Below, piece by piece: positions 30,436-40,248 of a stretch of 64,000 nucleotides of DNA. Below the pieces are notes generated by a model. That model was not told the DNA's origin. It saw nothing but the letters and a program-made list of their open reading frames with translations, and made no database searches. Source of the stretch: Bdellovibrionales bacterium (GTDB lineage Bacteria; Bdellovibrionota; Bdellovibrionia; Bdellovibrionales; UBA1609); the NCBI GenBank assembly GCA_965205945.1, contig CBDBIB010000001.1, forward strand, positions 128,001 to 192,000, written 5' to 3'. The translations under genes were made by a program, and so were the position numbers. The first letter of the stretch is position 1; each line of letters begins with the position of its first letter.

Positions 30436-31581
30436 GTGCTCAAATATATTGTATTGTCTTTATTGATTTTCCAACCTTGTTTAGCAGATCAAATTTATAA
30501 AAGTGTATTTTTTAAATTTGATAAAGATCACCTTAAAGGTGAAATTTTAAACTTAAATCAAGTACCTGATAAAAATTCAGTTTTTTGGATTAAAGGTTAT
30601 ATAGACCCAGAAAGAAAAGAATTTTACAATGTAGATCTTGGTATTAAAAGAGCTATAAATATTAAAAAAGCTCTTATAGATAAATATAATCTTAGTAAAG
30701 ATCAGGTTAAAATTATATATTATGGAGAAGATTTAAAAGAGAGTATTCTTAACCATCAAAAAAGAAGAGTAGAAATTATAGCTCAAAAGGGCTTTAAACC
30801 TTTAAAACTTAAGGATAAATCTAATATAAAAAAAGCCTCCTATGAAGAAATAAATGAAATTAAATCATCTAATTCTCCTAAAGCAAATTATATTGTAGAA
30901 GCAGACTTTTCTCTATCACAGATAAAAAGTCCCTATAAACACAGGTATTACTTTAGCTTAGGTAGTTATTATAGTATTCTACTTGCAAAGGATCGAAATA
31001 GAGGAAGTGAATTCGAAGGGATTTCTAGAGAAAACTATAATTTTAAAACTCAGTATCAATTTAAATACAAAAGCTTTTGGTTAGGGGCTACGGCTTCTTA
31101 TCATGTTCAAAGCTATGAACCAGAATTAAACTTATTATATATATGGAATAAAAACACATCAAATCTTTTTAACTTATCTCTAGTATCAAATTATGAAAAA
31201 AGAAGATGGGGCTTAGGTTTTAATCTTGATTTTAATCAAGTTTCTTTTATTCATGAAGAGGCTTTTTATATTGAGCTAAGAGATGCGCTTGTAGTAGGCA
31301 CCTCACTACAAGTAAAATACAAATGGTTTAAAGCACAAAAGTGGTCTTCTCGGATTGGATTAGACTTAAATTATCCTATTTTAGGCTCTGGAAGCCTAGA
31401 CCCTAAGGGAGATCTAGGGTACATAGGTTTTATAGATTTAAAAAGAGATCAAGCATTTTGGAGACATATCCCAAATATTAAGCTATATTATGGTTTTAAT
31501 AATTATACAAATAATGAAAATGATCAAAAAGAAGAGGTTGTAGGGTTTTTGTTCTCTTTAACATCTTTAAATTGGTTCTAA
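30436..31581 (+). CDS. OmpA-like peptidoglycan-binding domain fused to a C-terminal beta-barrel
   Basis: FFKFDKD...GYID...YNVDLGIKRA...YGE...RRVEI; aromatic beta-strand C-terminal half ending in F. Confidence 0.65.
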   Translation: MLKYIVLSLLIFQPCLADQIYKSVFFKFDKDHLKGEILNLNQVPDKNSVFWIKGYIDPERKEFYNVDLGIKRAINIKKALIDKYNLSKDQVKIIYYGEDLKESILNHQKRRVEIIAQKGFKPLKLKDKSNIKKASYEEINEIKSSNSPKANYIVEADFSLSQIKSPYKHRYYFSLGSYYSILLAKDRNRGSEFEGISRENYNFKTQYQFKYKSFWLGATASYHVQSYEPELNLLYIWNKNTSNLFNLSLVSNYEKRRWGLGFNLDFNQVSFIHEEAFYIELRDALVVGTSLQVKYKWFKAQKWSSRIGLDLNYPILGSGSLDPKGDLGYIGFIDLKRDQAFWRHIPNIKLYYGFNNYTNNENDQKEEVVGFLFSLTSLNWF

Positions 31582-31688
31582 ATAAAAGCCGTGCTTAATA
31601 AATCTAGTGGCTTAAATTTGAATTCTAGAATTTCTAAAAAGTTGGCAACTAGTTTTTATTCTAAACTTCTACATCTAAAGTTATATAA

Positions 31689-32081
31689 TTAATTTTTTTT
31701 AACAGAAACTTTCTTAGTTCTTGTTTTCCTTTTAACAGGGGTTTTTGTCATTACTTTAGAGAGACGTTTTTGTTCACCAATCACAGTTTTTGCAATATTA
31801 TTAAAAGACTTTCTAGCTTCATTTTTAGTCTTTTTAATAAGAGTTAAGACCTTATCAATTTCTTTATCAGCTTGCTTTTGAACTTTAATAGTTTTTATTT
31901 TAAGAGAGGCGTATTTTTTTTCAAGAATTTTAAGTCTTTTCTTAGATTTTTGAGTAATCTCCTTTTTTAGATTAATTTTAGAAATCTCTTTTTTAATTTT
32001 AGTAAATTCTGTAGTAAGCCCATTAAGGTCTCTTATGTTTAAAAGGTCAGTTTTTATTTGTTCTAAGTTAATTTTTGTCAT
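31689..32081 (-). CDS. Lysine-rich coiled-coil hypothetical protein
   Basis: SD GGAGAGG upstream; helical, with a basic C-terminal tail. Confidence 0.6.
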   Translation of the reverse strand: MTKINLEQIKTDLLNIRDLNGLTTEFTKIKKEISKINLKKEITQKSKKRLKILEKKYASLKIKTIKVQKQADKEIDKVLTLIKKTKNEARKSFNNIAKTVIGEQKRLSKVMTKTPVKRKTRTKKVSVKKN

Positions 32082-32156
32082 ATTTTAGCCTCTCCTTAAA
32101 GGCAATTTATCAAAAGAAGCTTTCCCGTCAAGCCTTAACAATGTAAAAGTATATAA

Positions 32157-33071
32157 ATGGAACTAAATCTTAATTGTTACAGAAATTGGCTTAAATTTTT
32201 AAAAAAGATCTCAAAATATTTTGAATCAGAAGGTTTTTTAAACGTTAGAACCCCAACATTAGTTCCCTCTGGAGCTATGGAGTCAACACTTATGGCCTTT
32301 AAGGTGAAAGGAGAGGACTTATATCTTGCAACAAGTCCTGAGTTTGCACTAAAAAAACTGTGGCTTTCAGGCTTTGGTAAAAAGCTTTTTGAAATTTCAC
32401 AAAGTTTTAGAAAAGAAAAATTAGGGGCGCTGCACCTTTTAGAGTTTACAATGCTTGAATTTTATGTAGCTGAGGAGAGTTTTGAATCTCTTAAAGATCG
32501 AACTTTAAACTTTTTTAAAAAATTTTTTCAAAATCTAGAGCAAAAGAAGGTGAAGCTTGATGAGGCTTTTTATACTTTTACAGGCTTTAAGCTTAAACCG
32601 GATTCAGATAAAGATTTTTTAAAAAAAACTCTTGATTTTCATAATATCAAATATGGAGAAACTTACTTATGGAATGACCTTTATCAAATGGTATATCTTC
32701 ATTTAATTGAACCACTATTGTGCAAAGAATCTTTATTATTATTAGAAAATTATCCACCACAGTTAGCGGTTCTTGCAAAAATTAGTCAAGAAGGTTGGGC
32801 TCAAAGATTTGAAGTTTTTTATAAAGGTGTTGAACTTGGTAATGGTTATGATGAGCTTTTTTGTGAAAAAGAGATACAAAAACGTTGGATAAAGGAAAAT
32901 AAAGACAGGGTGATTTTAGGGTTTGATGAGCACCCTATTGATCAAGTTTTAATTGAATTGACTAAAAAGACAAAGCTTAAACAAGGTGTTGGAATTGCTA
33001 TAGGGCTTGAAAGGGTATTTAGTTTAATTTCAGGTATTGAAAATAAAAATATAAAAATGTGGCCTTTTTAA
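32157..33071 (+). CDS. epmA: EF-P lysine aminoacylase EpmA/GenX
   Basis: LysRS catalytic domain only: LATSPEFALKKL, EFTMLEFY, RFEVFYKGVELGNGYDEL, GIAIGLER. Confidence 0.88.
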   Translation: MELNLNCYRNWLKFLKKISKYFESEGFLNVRTPTLVPSGAMESTLMAFKVKGEDLYLATSPEFALKKLWLSGFGKKLFEISQSFRKEKLGALHLLEFTMLEFYVAEESFESLKDRTLNFFKKFFQNLEQKKVKLDEAFYTFTGFKLKPDSDKDFLKKTLDFHNIKYGETYLWNDLYQMVYLHLIEPLLCKESLLLLENYPPQLAVLAKISQEGWAQRFEVFYKGVELGNGYDELFCEKEIQKRWIKENKDRVILGFDEHPIDQVLIELTKKTKLKQGVGIAIGLERVFSLISGIENKNIKMWPF

Positions 33072-33088
33072 ATAGGAGCTTTAATTAA

Positions 33089-34249
33089 ATGATTAAACTT
33101 AAGCTAACACGAGCACTTAGAAAAAAGTTAAAACAAGGACATCCGTGGGTGTATAAGGATGCCTTTAAACTAATAGGAGGTGATTCTCCAAGAGAACCTT
33201 CTTTTGCAAGTATGACAGATACAAAGGGTGAGATATGTAAGGGCATTTACGATCCAACAAGTAGGCTTGGATTTCGGATATTAGGCTTTACTTTTATGTC
33301 TACAAAGGAAATAAAAAAAGAACTGATTAAAGCTTATGACATAAGAAAAGCGTTAAAAACTTTAAAAACCAATGCCTATCGTTTGATTGCAGGTGAAGGT
33401 GATGGTTTTGCCGGTTTTATTTGTGATATTTATGATAGTATTGTTATTTTTCAATTTGATGGCGAAGGGATACAAAAATTTTGGCTAAATCTTCCTATTG
33501 CAAATTTAATTTTAAACTTAGATAAGAAATTTAAAACGGTTGTACTTAAATCTAGAGAAAATAAAAATGAATTAAAACTTTTAGCTGGAAATGCTTTAAA
33601 GAAAACTACGATTAGATTTAAAGAAAATAATATTTTTTTTGAGACTGATTTAGTGAAAGCTCAAAAAACAGGTTTTTTTTTAGATCAAAGAGATAATAGA
33701 GAGTATGTAAGAAACTTAAGTAAAGGAAAAATTGTTTGGAATATATTTTCATATACAGGGGGTTTTTCTATATATTCTGGAATGGGTGGAGCTTTAAAGG
33801 TCTATAGCATTGATATTTCAAAAGGAGCTATTAAACAAGCTATGATTAATTGGGAAATCAATGGTTTACCTAAAGATAAACATGAAGGAATGTGTTGTGA
33901 TGCTTTTGAATTTTTAAAGATTAAGCATAAAATAAAAGCTGATCTTATTATTGTTGATCCTCCATCAATGACTTCATCTAAAGACTCAAAAGAGTTGGCA
34001 GTTAAAAAATATGTAAATCTTTTTTCCAATGCAGCAAGACATGTAAAAAGTGGTGGAGATTTAGTTTTAAGTTCATGCTCTAGTCAAATATCGTTTCAAG
34101 ATTTTAAAAAGATTATTTTAAATGCCTTATCTTTATCCAATAAAAAAGGCAAGGTATTAAGAATCTCAGGACAGGGATTAGATCACCCATATCCACATGC
34201 CTGTGAAGAGCTTTGTTATTTAAAGTTCATACATATAGTTTTAGACTAA
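33089..34249 (+). CDS. rlmI: 23S rRNA m5C1962 methyltransferase RlmI-like
   Basis: GHPWVY, GEGDG, QKTGFFLDQR, FSYTGGFS, VDPP, SCS. Confidence 0.88.
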   Translation: MIKLKLTRALRKKLKQGHPWVYKDAFKLIGGDSPREPSFASMTDTKGEICKGIYDPTSRLGFRILGFTFMSTKEIKKELIKAYDIRKALKTLKTNAYRLIAGEGDGFAGFICDIYDSIVIFQFDGEGIQKFWLNLPIANLILNLDKKFKTVVLKSRENKNELKLLAGNALKKTTIRFKENNIFFETDLVKAQKTGFFLDQRDNREYVRNLSKGKIVWNIFSYTGGFSIYSGMGGALKVYSIDISKGAIKQAMINWEINGLPKDKHEGMCCDAFEFLKIKHKIKADLIIVDPPSMTSSKDSKELAVKKYVNLFSNAARHVKSGGDLVLSSCSSQISFQDFKKIILNALSLSNKKGKVLRISGQGLDHPYPHACEELCYLKFIHIVLD

Positions 34250-34251
34250 AA

Positions 34252-34851
34252 TTATTTTCTAAGAAGAACTGTTGCCATAATAGCAAAGTAGGAGTCTGTA
34301 TTTTTAATATCGAACCCACCCTCAGTAGAAAAAGACATGTAGGTTATAGAATCAAACTTAATTTTTGAGCCTATTACAAATTGTGAAGTCATGCTTGAAT
34401 TCGAACTAGCAGCTAGCACACCTAGTGGAAGAACTATATAGGGCTCTAAAAGACCTAGCTCCCATGAAAATTCTTTACTCATAAATGGAGCTACTCTGAA
34501 TAAAAAAGCGCTAATGCTATCATCTTTTTTGTACTCAGCACTTATAAGGCCGCCAAAATTAAACTGATTTTTAAGGTTTATTTTAACAGGAACCCACTTT
34601 AAGTTGCCACCAACACTAAAATTTAAAGAAGCAACCCCACCGTGAAATTGAAGATTTGTTTCTTGGGTAAATGGAAGATCAATCTTTCCTATTAAATGTG
34701 CGCCCTTTCGCTCTCCAGAAAAAAACTTACTAACAGCTGAAAGGTTATATTCACTATCACTTAAAAGGGATGATGAATTTAAAAAAGTTTCATAAGAAAA
34801 GGCGTTAACAGAAAAAAGAATAATTGGTATTAGTTTAATTATGTATTTCAT
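34252..34851 (-). CDS. Putative outer-membrane beta-barrel protein
   Basis: Signal peptide ending AFS; amphipathic beta-strand pattern. Confidence 0.55.
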   Translation of the reverse strand: MKYIIKLIPIILFSVNAFSYETFLNSSSLLSDSEYNLSAVSKFFSGERKGAHLIGKIDLPFTQETNLQFHGGVASLNFSVGGNLKWVPVKINLKNQFNFGGLISAEYKKDDSISAFLFRVAPFMSKEFSWELGLLEPYIVLPLGVLAASSNSSMTSQFVIGSKIKFDSITYMSFSTEGGFDIKNTDSYFAIMATVLLRK

Positions 34852-35096
34852 AGTAAGTTTACTTTAGAATATAAGAAATTAGAAAGCTAATGTTTTTTAC
34901 ACTATTAAAAAGGCATAAACAGCTGCCGTATTTTTAAGCAATATACTTATTATACTAAATTAGATTATCGGGGCCATCTAAATAAAAATACTTAGGATCA
35001 TTTAAGTAAGGTAGCAGTTGATACTCTATTTACATTGTAGTGGCTTAAAATTGATCATATAACTTAACTAGAATAATGATTTTATAGGGGTTTAAA

Positions 35097-35375
35097 ATGG
35101 AAGAAGCAAAAGGTTGGAATAAGATTATTAACGCTTTGGGTAAAGAGGCATTGAAAAAAGATTTTTTTTTTAAAGATTTTAAAGAAGCATTTTCTTTTAT
35201 GACATCTGTAGCTACTAAGGCTGAAGAAATATGTCATCACCCTGAGTGGTTTAATGTGTATAATAAAGTTTTAGTTGAACTCACAACTCATGATATAGGA
35301 AGGATTTCTAAAAAAGATATCATTATGGCTGAGTTTATGAATAAAGAGGCTTGTAAATTAAGTAACGCAAATTAA
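35097..35375 (+). CDS. phhB: Pterin-4-alpha-carbinolamine dehydratase
   Basis: FKDFKEAFSFM, HHPEWFNVYNKV, TTHD. Confidence 0.92.
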   Translation: MEEAKGWNKIINALGKEALKKDFFFKDFKEAFSFMTSVATKAEEICHHPEWFNVYNKVLVELTTHDIGRISKKDIIMAEFMNKEACKLSNAN

Positions 35376-35794
35376 TAGTTAGAGTTCATTTTTAAAAAAA
35401 AAATCTTTAAATACCTCATCTTTTTGTTTTTCTACATCCGCTTATACAATCAAACCTCTGCATTGAAATATTCGTTGTAGAGACTCTTAGCCTCATTGTT
35501 ATTTATAATAATAAAATTAGTTGCCATAAAACCTTTAGTAAGCTTACTAAAAAAGGATACTGCCTTGCATAAAGCAGATCTCTTAAAGTCAGCTCCTATT
35601 CATCAAAAAAATAAACTAATAAGGGTTACAACGTGTAAAATTAAGTTTTCCACCACGAGTCTAAAAAGCTAAAGTTCTAATTAAAAAAACCATTACACAC
35701 GGTAATACCAAAAACATCCCATAAACTGATATCTTAATCAAAAAAAGTTATTAAGAATTAAAAAAAACTCCTGATAAGTTAAAATATTAAAAAC

Positions 35795-36739
35795 TTATTT
35801 AGTAGGCTTAAACCAACAAAGTGGCCTTAAACCGTAGTCAAATCCTTCAGCTCTATTACATGTACTAACTTTTGCATCTGTGTCACTAAGCTCTAAATTA
35901 AAATCTAAATTACAAAGTGAACCAGCAAAATAAGTATCCACTCTACACTGAGCCTTAGGATGCTTATGATCAGTTTCTACAACAACCGTTTCATCCGGAG
36001 TGTGTAAACTAATATGCTGTTCAGCATTTTTTACTGAACCCAATAATCTACCTAAGGACAGGCCTCCAAGAACAACTCTTCTGCATGCAGAAAAGGCAGT
36101 TTCTTTAATTTCTTCTTTTTCCTCACCTTCTTCTTGAGCAAACCTTTCAGCACATTTTTTATCAGCTAAGGCTAACTCCTCAGTTTCATAAGTATAAATA
36201 TCCGGCGAAGCTACTTTAAGCCCTGCCTCCTGCCCTTCTAAAATAAGTTTATTCATACATTTAAACGTAGCAAAATAATCAGATTGACCTTCATTAGAAG
36301 CCCAAGACCCCCACCAACTAAGCACTTTAGGGGCTCCACCAAGGTGATGGCCAATCTCATGACAAACAACTATTCTAAAGGAATCTAGAGTTGAATGCTC
36401 GTGTCTTGCAAGACCACCGTAAATATTAATAATCCAATTATCACCAAACTGTTGAGCAGAAGCGTTTACTTTATCATTCGTCCATAATTTATTTATTGTG
36501 AATTCCTTGCCTAAAGCTTGAAAAACTGGTGTATACACAGTTTCTATTTCAGATAACGCTAACATAAAATCTTCTTCAGAGATTCCTACAGGTGTACTAC
36601 CTTCTTCTAATAGGCCCTTAAATACAGGTATTCTCACATCTATATCTGTAAAGCAGTTATTAGCCTCTAAATAATGACTGCTTCCAACACTTTGTGTAAA
36701 AAATAGTAATAATAAGCCAAACCCTTTGATTCTTAACAC
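35795..36739 (-). CDS. Secreted zinc metalloprotease-like protein (HEXXH)
   Basis: Signal peptide; VNASA, GGLARH, CHEIGHH, EGQSDYFA; Cys-rich C-terminus. Confidence 0.78.
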   Translation of the reverse strand: MLRIKGFGLLLLFFTQSVGSSHYLEANNCFTDIDVRIPVFKGLLEEGSTPVGISEEDFMLALSEIETVYTPVFQALGKEFTINKLWTNDKVNASAQQFGDNWIINIYGGLARHEHSTLDSFRIVVCHEIGHHLGGAPKVLSWWGSWASNEGQSDYFATFKCMNKLILEGQEAGLKVASPDIYTYETEELALADKKCAERFAQEEGEEKEEIKETAFSACRRVVLGGLSLGRLLGSVKNAEQHISLHTPDETVVVETDHKHPKAQCRVDTYFAGSLCNLDFNLELSDTDAKVSTCNRAEGFDYGLRPLCWFKPTK

Positions 36740-36939
36740 AGCATTCTCCTCTTAACATTTATTTAAAGAGCTTTTATTTTTAAAAATTTTATTAGTTTCC
36801 ACCAATAAATAAACTCACCCCTAGCTATAAAATTTATTAATATCTTTAGAACCCCCCATGATTGCTGTATTTCATTTCTTGTATTAAACTTATAAGTTAT
36901 ACGTTTAATACTAAATCTAGACCTTTAAAGGGGTATAAC

Positions 36940-38370
36940 ATGTTAAAAGCTGCTAAAGTTCAAACAAAAATCAGTAAAAAACCTCTAAAATACCCCGCCC
37001 TATTTACAGCAAAAACACCTAAAGAGTGCTTAAAAATTCTGAATCAAAATGACGTTAAGCTTTATGATTGGCAAAAAAAAATTCTAAATGAAAATAAAAT
37101 TTCTTATTTTGAAACTGAAAAAGGTTTAGTTTCAACTCTGATTTTTAAAGAGTTTAAGTCTAAATCTGATTCTGTACCTGGACAGTTTAGCGTTGATACT
37201 TATAGTTTTTATAGAGATAATGTCTTAACCTGGCTTAAAAAAATAAACTTCTCTGATTTTTCTTTCATTGCTTCAGAAAAAATATCGTCAAAAGCTTTTA
37301 AAGGTTTCGGTGTTGGAGTAACACTTTCTTCTTATAACTTTAAAAAAAAAAGATCTCTAACAATACTTTTACCTAAAGCCAATAAAAATTTAGAAACTGG
37401 AATACAGAAAGGATACTGTATTAACGATGCAAGGTATCTTATAGACACTCCTTCTAATATTCTTGATCCTAAAAAATTTAAAAACCTAATTGTTAAAGAG
37501 TTTGATAACACAGCTAATTTTAAAGTTAAATTTTTAGATAAAAATCAAATTAAAAAACATGGATACGGACTGATTTTAGGTGTCGGTCAGGGTTCTAAAG
37601 AAGGCCCATACTTAGTTCATGTAAGCTATCGTAAGAAAGGTGCTAAAAAAACCTGTGCCGGAGTTGGAAAAGGTGTCACCTTTGATACCGGTGGAAATGA
37701 CTTAAAACCTTCTCAATTTATGAGATGGATGAAAAAAGATATGGGAGGTGCGGCTGCTCTTTTTGGTTTAGCAAAATCTATTAAAATCTTTAAACCCAAT
37801 ATAAATTTTGATTTTGTTTTTGCTCTTGCTGAAAACTCTGTTTCAAGCAATGCTTTTAGACCTGGAGATGTTCTCACAGCTCAAAATGGCTTAGATGTGG
37901 AAATCCATAACACTGACGCTGAAGGGCGCTTAGTTCTTGCCAGTGGGTTTAACTATTTAAATACGTTAAACGTCAAGTTTAACTGCTGCTTTGATGTGGC
38001 AACTCTTACAGGTGCTATTAAAGTTGGTTTAGACGATAAACTTGGAGGTCTTTTTTCAAACAGTCAAAAGCTTGGAGAGCAGATTTTTCAAGCCTCTAAA
38101 AAATCAGGTGATCCTTTATGGCTTATGCCTCTTCCACGCTGGACAAAATCAAAACTAGATTCTACAGTTGCAGATGTAGTAAACTGCACTGATGGATACG
38201 GTGGAGCTATTTTAGCTGCAGAGTTTTTAAAGTTTTTTATTCCCAAAAAAACACCGTGGTTTCATTTAGATATTTATGCTTGGACTGAAAGTTCAAGAGA
38301 CGCTTTTTCTTTAAAAGGAGGAACAGGACAAGGTGTCCAAATTTTACAACAGTATTTTTTAAATATTTAA
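36940..38370 (+). CDS. pepA: M17 leucyl aminopeptidase
   Basis: GKGVTFDTGG, MKKDMGGAA, NTDAEGRLVL, ATLTGA. ATG 36940 follows SD AAGGGG. Confidence 0.92.
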   Translation: MLKAAKVQTKISKKPLKYPALFTAKTPKECLKILNQNDVKLYDWQKKILNENKISYFETEKGLVSTLIFKEFKSKSDSVPGQFSVDTYSFYRDNVLTWLKKINFSDFSFIASEKISSKAFKGFGVGVTLSSYNFKKKRSLTILLPKANKNLETGIQKGYCINDARYLIDTPSNILDPKKFKNLIVKEFDNTANFKVKFLDKNQIKKHGYGLILGVGQGSKEGPYLVHVSYRKKGAKKTCAGVGKGVTFDTGGNDLKPSQFMRWMKKDMGGAAALFGLAKSIKIFKPNINFDFVFALAENSVSSNAFRPGDVLTAQNGLDVEIHNTDAEGRLVLASGFNYLNTLNVKFNCCFDVATLTGAIKVGLDDKLGGLFSNSQKLGEQIFQASKKSGDPLWLMPLPRWTKSKLDSTVADVVNCTDGYGGAILAAEFLKFFIPKKTPWFHLDIYAWTESSRDAFSLKGGTGQGVQILQQYFLNI

Positions 38371-38472
38371 ATCTCTGTGATAAAAAAATGCAAATAATCT
38401 TTAAATTCTAACGAATTTTAAAAATCTCAGAGTACACAAAATAAATTATAGACTCGACTCTTACTCATAGCC

Positions 38473-40248
38473 CTAATATAAATAAACCGCACCTGAGTTA
38501 TTGGCTGAATTATCACCTTGATCACCATTAACACCTGTTGCATTACTGCTCTCATTAATTGCCCCCACAGCCAAGGTGCTGCCATCACTACTTAAGCTAA
38601 TACTAGTACCAAACTCATCATTTCCACCCGTATTACTAGCTTTAATGTAAGCTTCTTGAGCCCAAACTTCCTCCCTGCGGGTAAACACATAAACCGCACC
38701 TGATCCACTGGCTAAATTATTATCTTCACCATCAACACCTGTTGCATTACTGCTCTCATTAATTGCCCCCACAACTAAGGTGTTGCCATCACTACTTAAG
38801 CTAATACTAGTACCAAATCTATCATCCTCTTCTGTATTACTGGCTTTAATGTAAGCTTCTTGAGCCCAAACTTCCTCCCTGCGGGCAAACACATAAACCG
38901 CACCTGAGTTATTGGCTGAATTATCACCTTGATCACCATCAACACCTGTTGCATCACTACTCTCATTAATTGCCCCCACAGCCAAGGTGTTGCCATCACT
39001 ACTTAAGCTAATACTAGTACCAAACTCATCATTTCCACCCGTATTACTAGCTTTAATGTAAGCTTCTTGAGCCCAAACTTCCTCCCTGCGGGCAAACACA
39101 TAAACCGCACCTGAGTTATTGGCTGAATTATCACCTTGATCACCATCAACACCTGTTGCGTCACTATCCTCTCTATTTGCCCCCACAGCCAAGGTGTTAC
39201 CATCACTACTTAAGCTAAGGTGAAAGCCAAAACCATCACTCATGTTCGTATTACTGGCTTTAATGTAAGCTTCTTGAGCCCAAACTTCCTCCCTACGGGT
39301 AAACACATAAACCGCACCTGAGTTATTAGCTGAATTATCATCTTGATCACCATCAACACCTGTTTGACTACTTGCTTCACCAACTGCCCCCACAACTAAG
39401 GTGTTGCCATCAGTACTTAAATCAAGGCTAATGCCAAAACCATCACCCACGCCCGTATTACTGGCTTTAATGTAGGCTTCTTGAGCCCAAACTTCCTCCC
39501 TGCGGGTAAACACATAAACCGCACCTGAAAAACTAGCTGAATCATTATCTTCACCATCAATGCCTGTTACATTACTGTCCTCACTAGTTGCACCCACAGC
39601 CAAGGTGTTGCCGTCATCACTCAAGCTAAGGCTATAGCCAAACATATCACTTAAACCCGTATTACTAGCTTTAATGTAGGCTTCTTGGGCCCAGCCTGCC
39701 TCTGTGTAAATGAACACATAAACAGCACCTGAGCCAAAAGCTGAATTATCATCTTCATCTTGATTAATACTTGTTGCATTGCTGTCCTCACTAGTTGCAC
39801 CCACAGCCAAGGTGCTGCCGTCATCACTCAAGCTAACACTAGCACCAAACTCATCCCCTCTACCCGTATTACTGGCTTTAAAATAACCAATACCACCCAC
39901 TAAGTCAGCAGCATCAATACTTACTGGATCACTTTGAACACAAGTACTAGCATCCTTACAGCTACTAACCTTATACCTGGCATTAATACGCTTATAAAGT
40001 ATGACTGGTAGGTTAAAAGTTGTTCTACCTCCTGAAATATTTTCACCGATTTGACTAAAACCACTGATTCCATTTGGATCTTCTAATAATTTATAAAAGC
40101 TAGCTTGTGTATCAGACCATGAAAATTTAAAAGTTTTAATATCATTAAAACTAATTTTTAATAACGGTTTATTTACATTAGATGATGAGTTACAACTAAC
40201 TATACTTAATGCGAGAATTAGTGCTAATAGTAATTCAATAATTTTCAT
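38473..40248 (-). CDS. FG-GAP (integrin alpha-like) seven-bladed beta-propeller lipoprotein
   Basis: SD GAGGAG before ATG 40248; lipobox IVSC; seven 68-69 aa repeats (last one truncated) YIKASNT..D.FG.S.SLS.DG.TLAVGA...SGAVYVF. Confidence 0.88.
   Translation of the reverse strand: MKIIELLLALILALSIVSCNSSSNVNKPLLKISFNDIKTFKFSWSDTQASFYKLLEDPNGISGFSQIGENISGGRTTFNLPVILYKRINARYKVSSCKDASTCVQSDPVSIDAADLVGGIGYFKASNTGRGDEFGASVSLSDDGSTLAVGATSEDSNATSINQDEDDNSAFGSGAVYVFIYTEAGWAQEAYIKASNTGLSDMFGYSLSLSDDGNTLAVGATSEDSNVTGIDGEDNDSASFSGAVYVFTRREEVWAQEAYIKASNTGVGDGFGISLDLSTDGNTLVVGAVGEASSQTGVDGDQDDNSANNSGAVYVFTRREEVWAQEAYIKASNTNMSDGFGFHLSLSSDGNTLAVGANREDSDATGVDGDQGDNSANNSGAVYVFARREEVWAQEAYIKASNTGGNDEFGTSISLSSDGNTLAVGAINESSDATGVDGDQGDNSANNSGAVYVFARREEVWAQEAYIKASNTEEDDRFGTSISLSSDGNTLVVGAINESSNATGVDGEDNNLASGSGAVYVFTRREEVWAQEAYIKASNTGGNDEFGTSISLSSDGSTLAVGAINESSNATGVNGDQGDNSANNSGAVYLY
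38476..39885 (-). repeat. Seven intragenic tandem repeats of 204-207 bp (last one shorter)
   Basis: Near-identical DNA units, e.g. aaacacataaaccgcacctga and ctttaatgtaagcttcttgagcccaaacttcctccc recur with ~207 bp period. Confidence 0.95.

Noticed and set aside
18593..35420. Skew switches as replication origin and terminus
   Set aside because: The two opposite switches are only ~17 kb apart, and I saw no dnaA, DnaA-box cluster or dif.
35767..35794. dif-like ACTCCTGATAA-GTTAAA near the right skew switch
   Set aside because: The second arm ATATTAAAAAC does not match the XerD consensus TTATGTTAAAT.
38796..39206. Two similar 67-aa minus-strand ORFs
   Set aside because: They are alternate-frame shadows of the FG-GAP repeats, offset by exactly 207 bp.
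38476..39885. Tandem repeats as a CRISPR array
   Set aside because: Units are 204-207 bp in-frame coding repeats with no unique spacers, and there are no cas genes.
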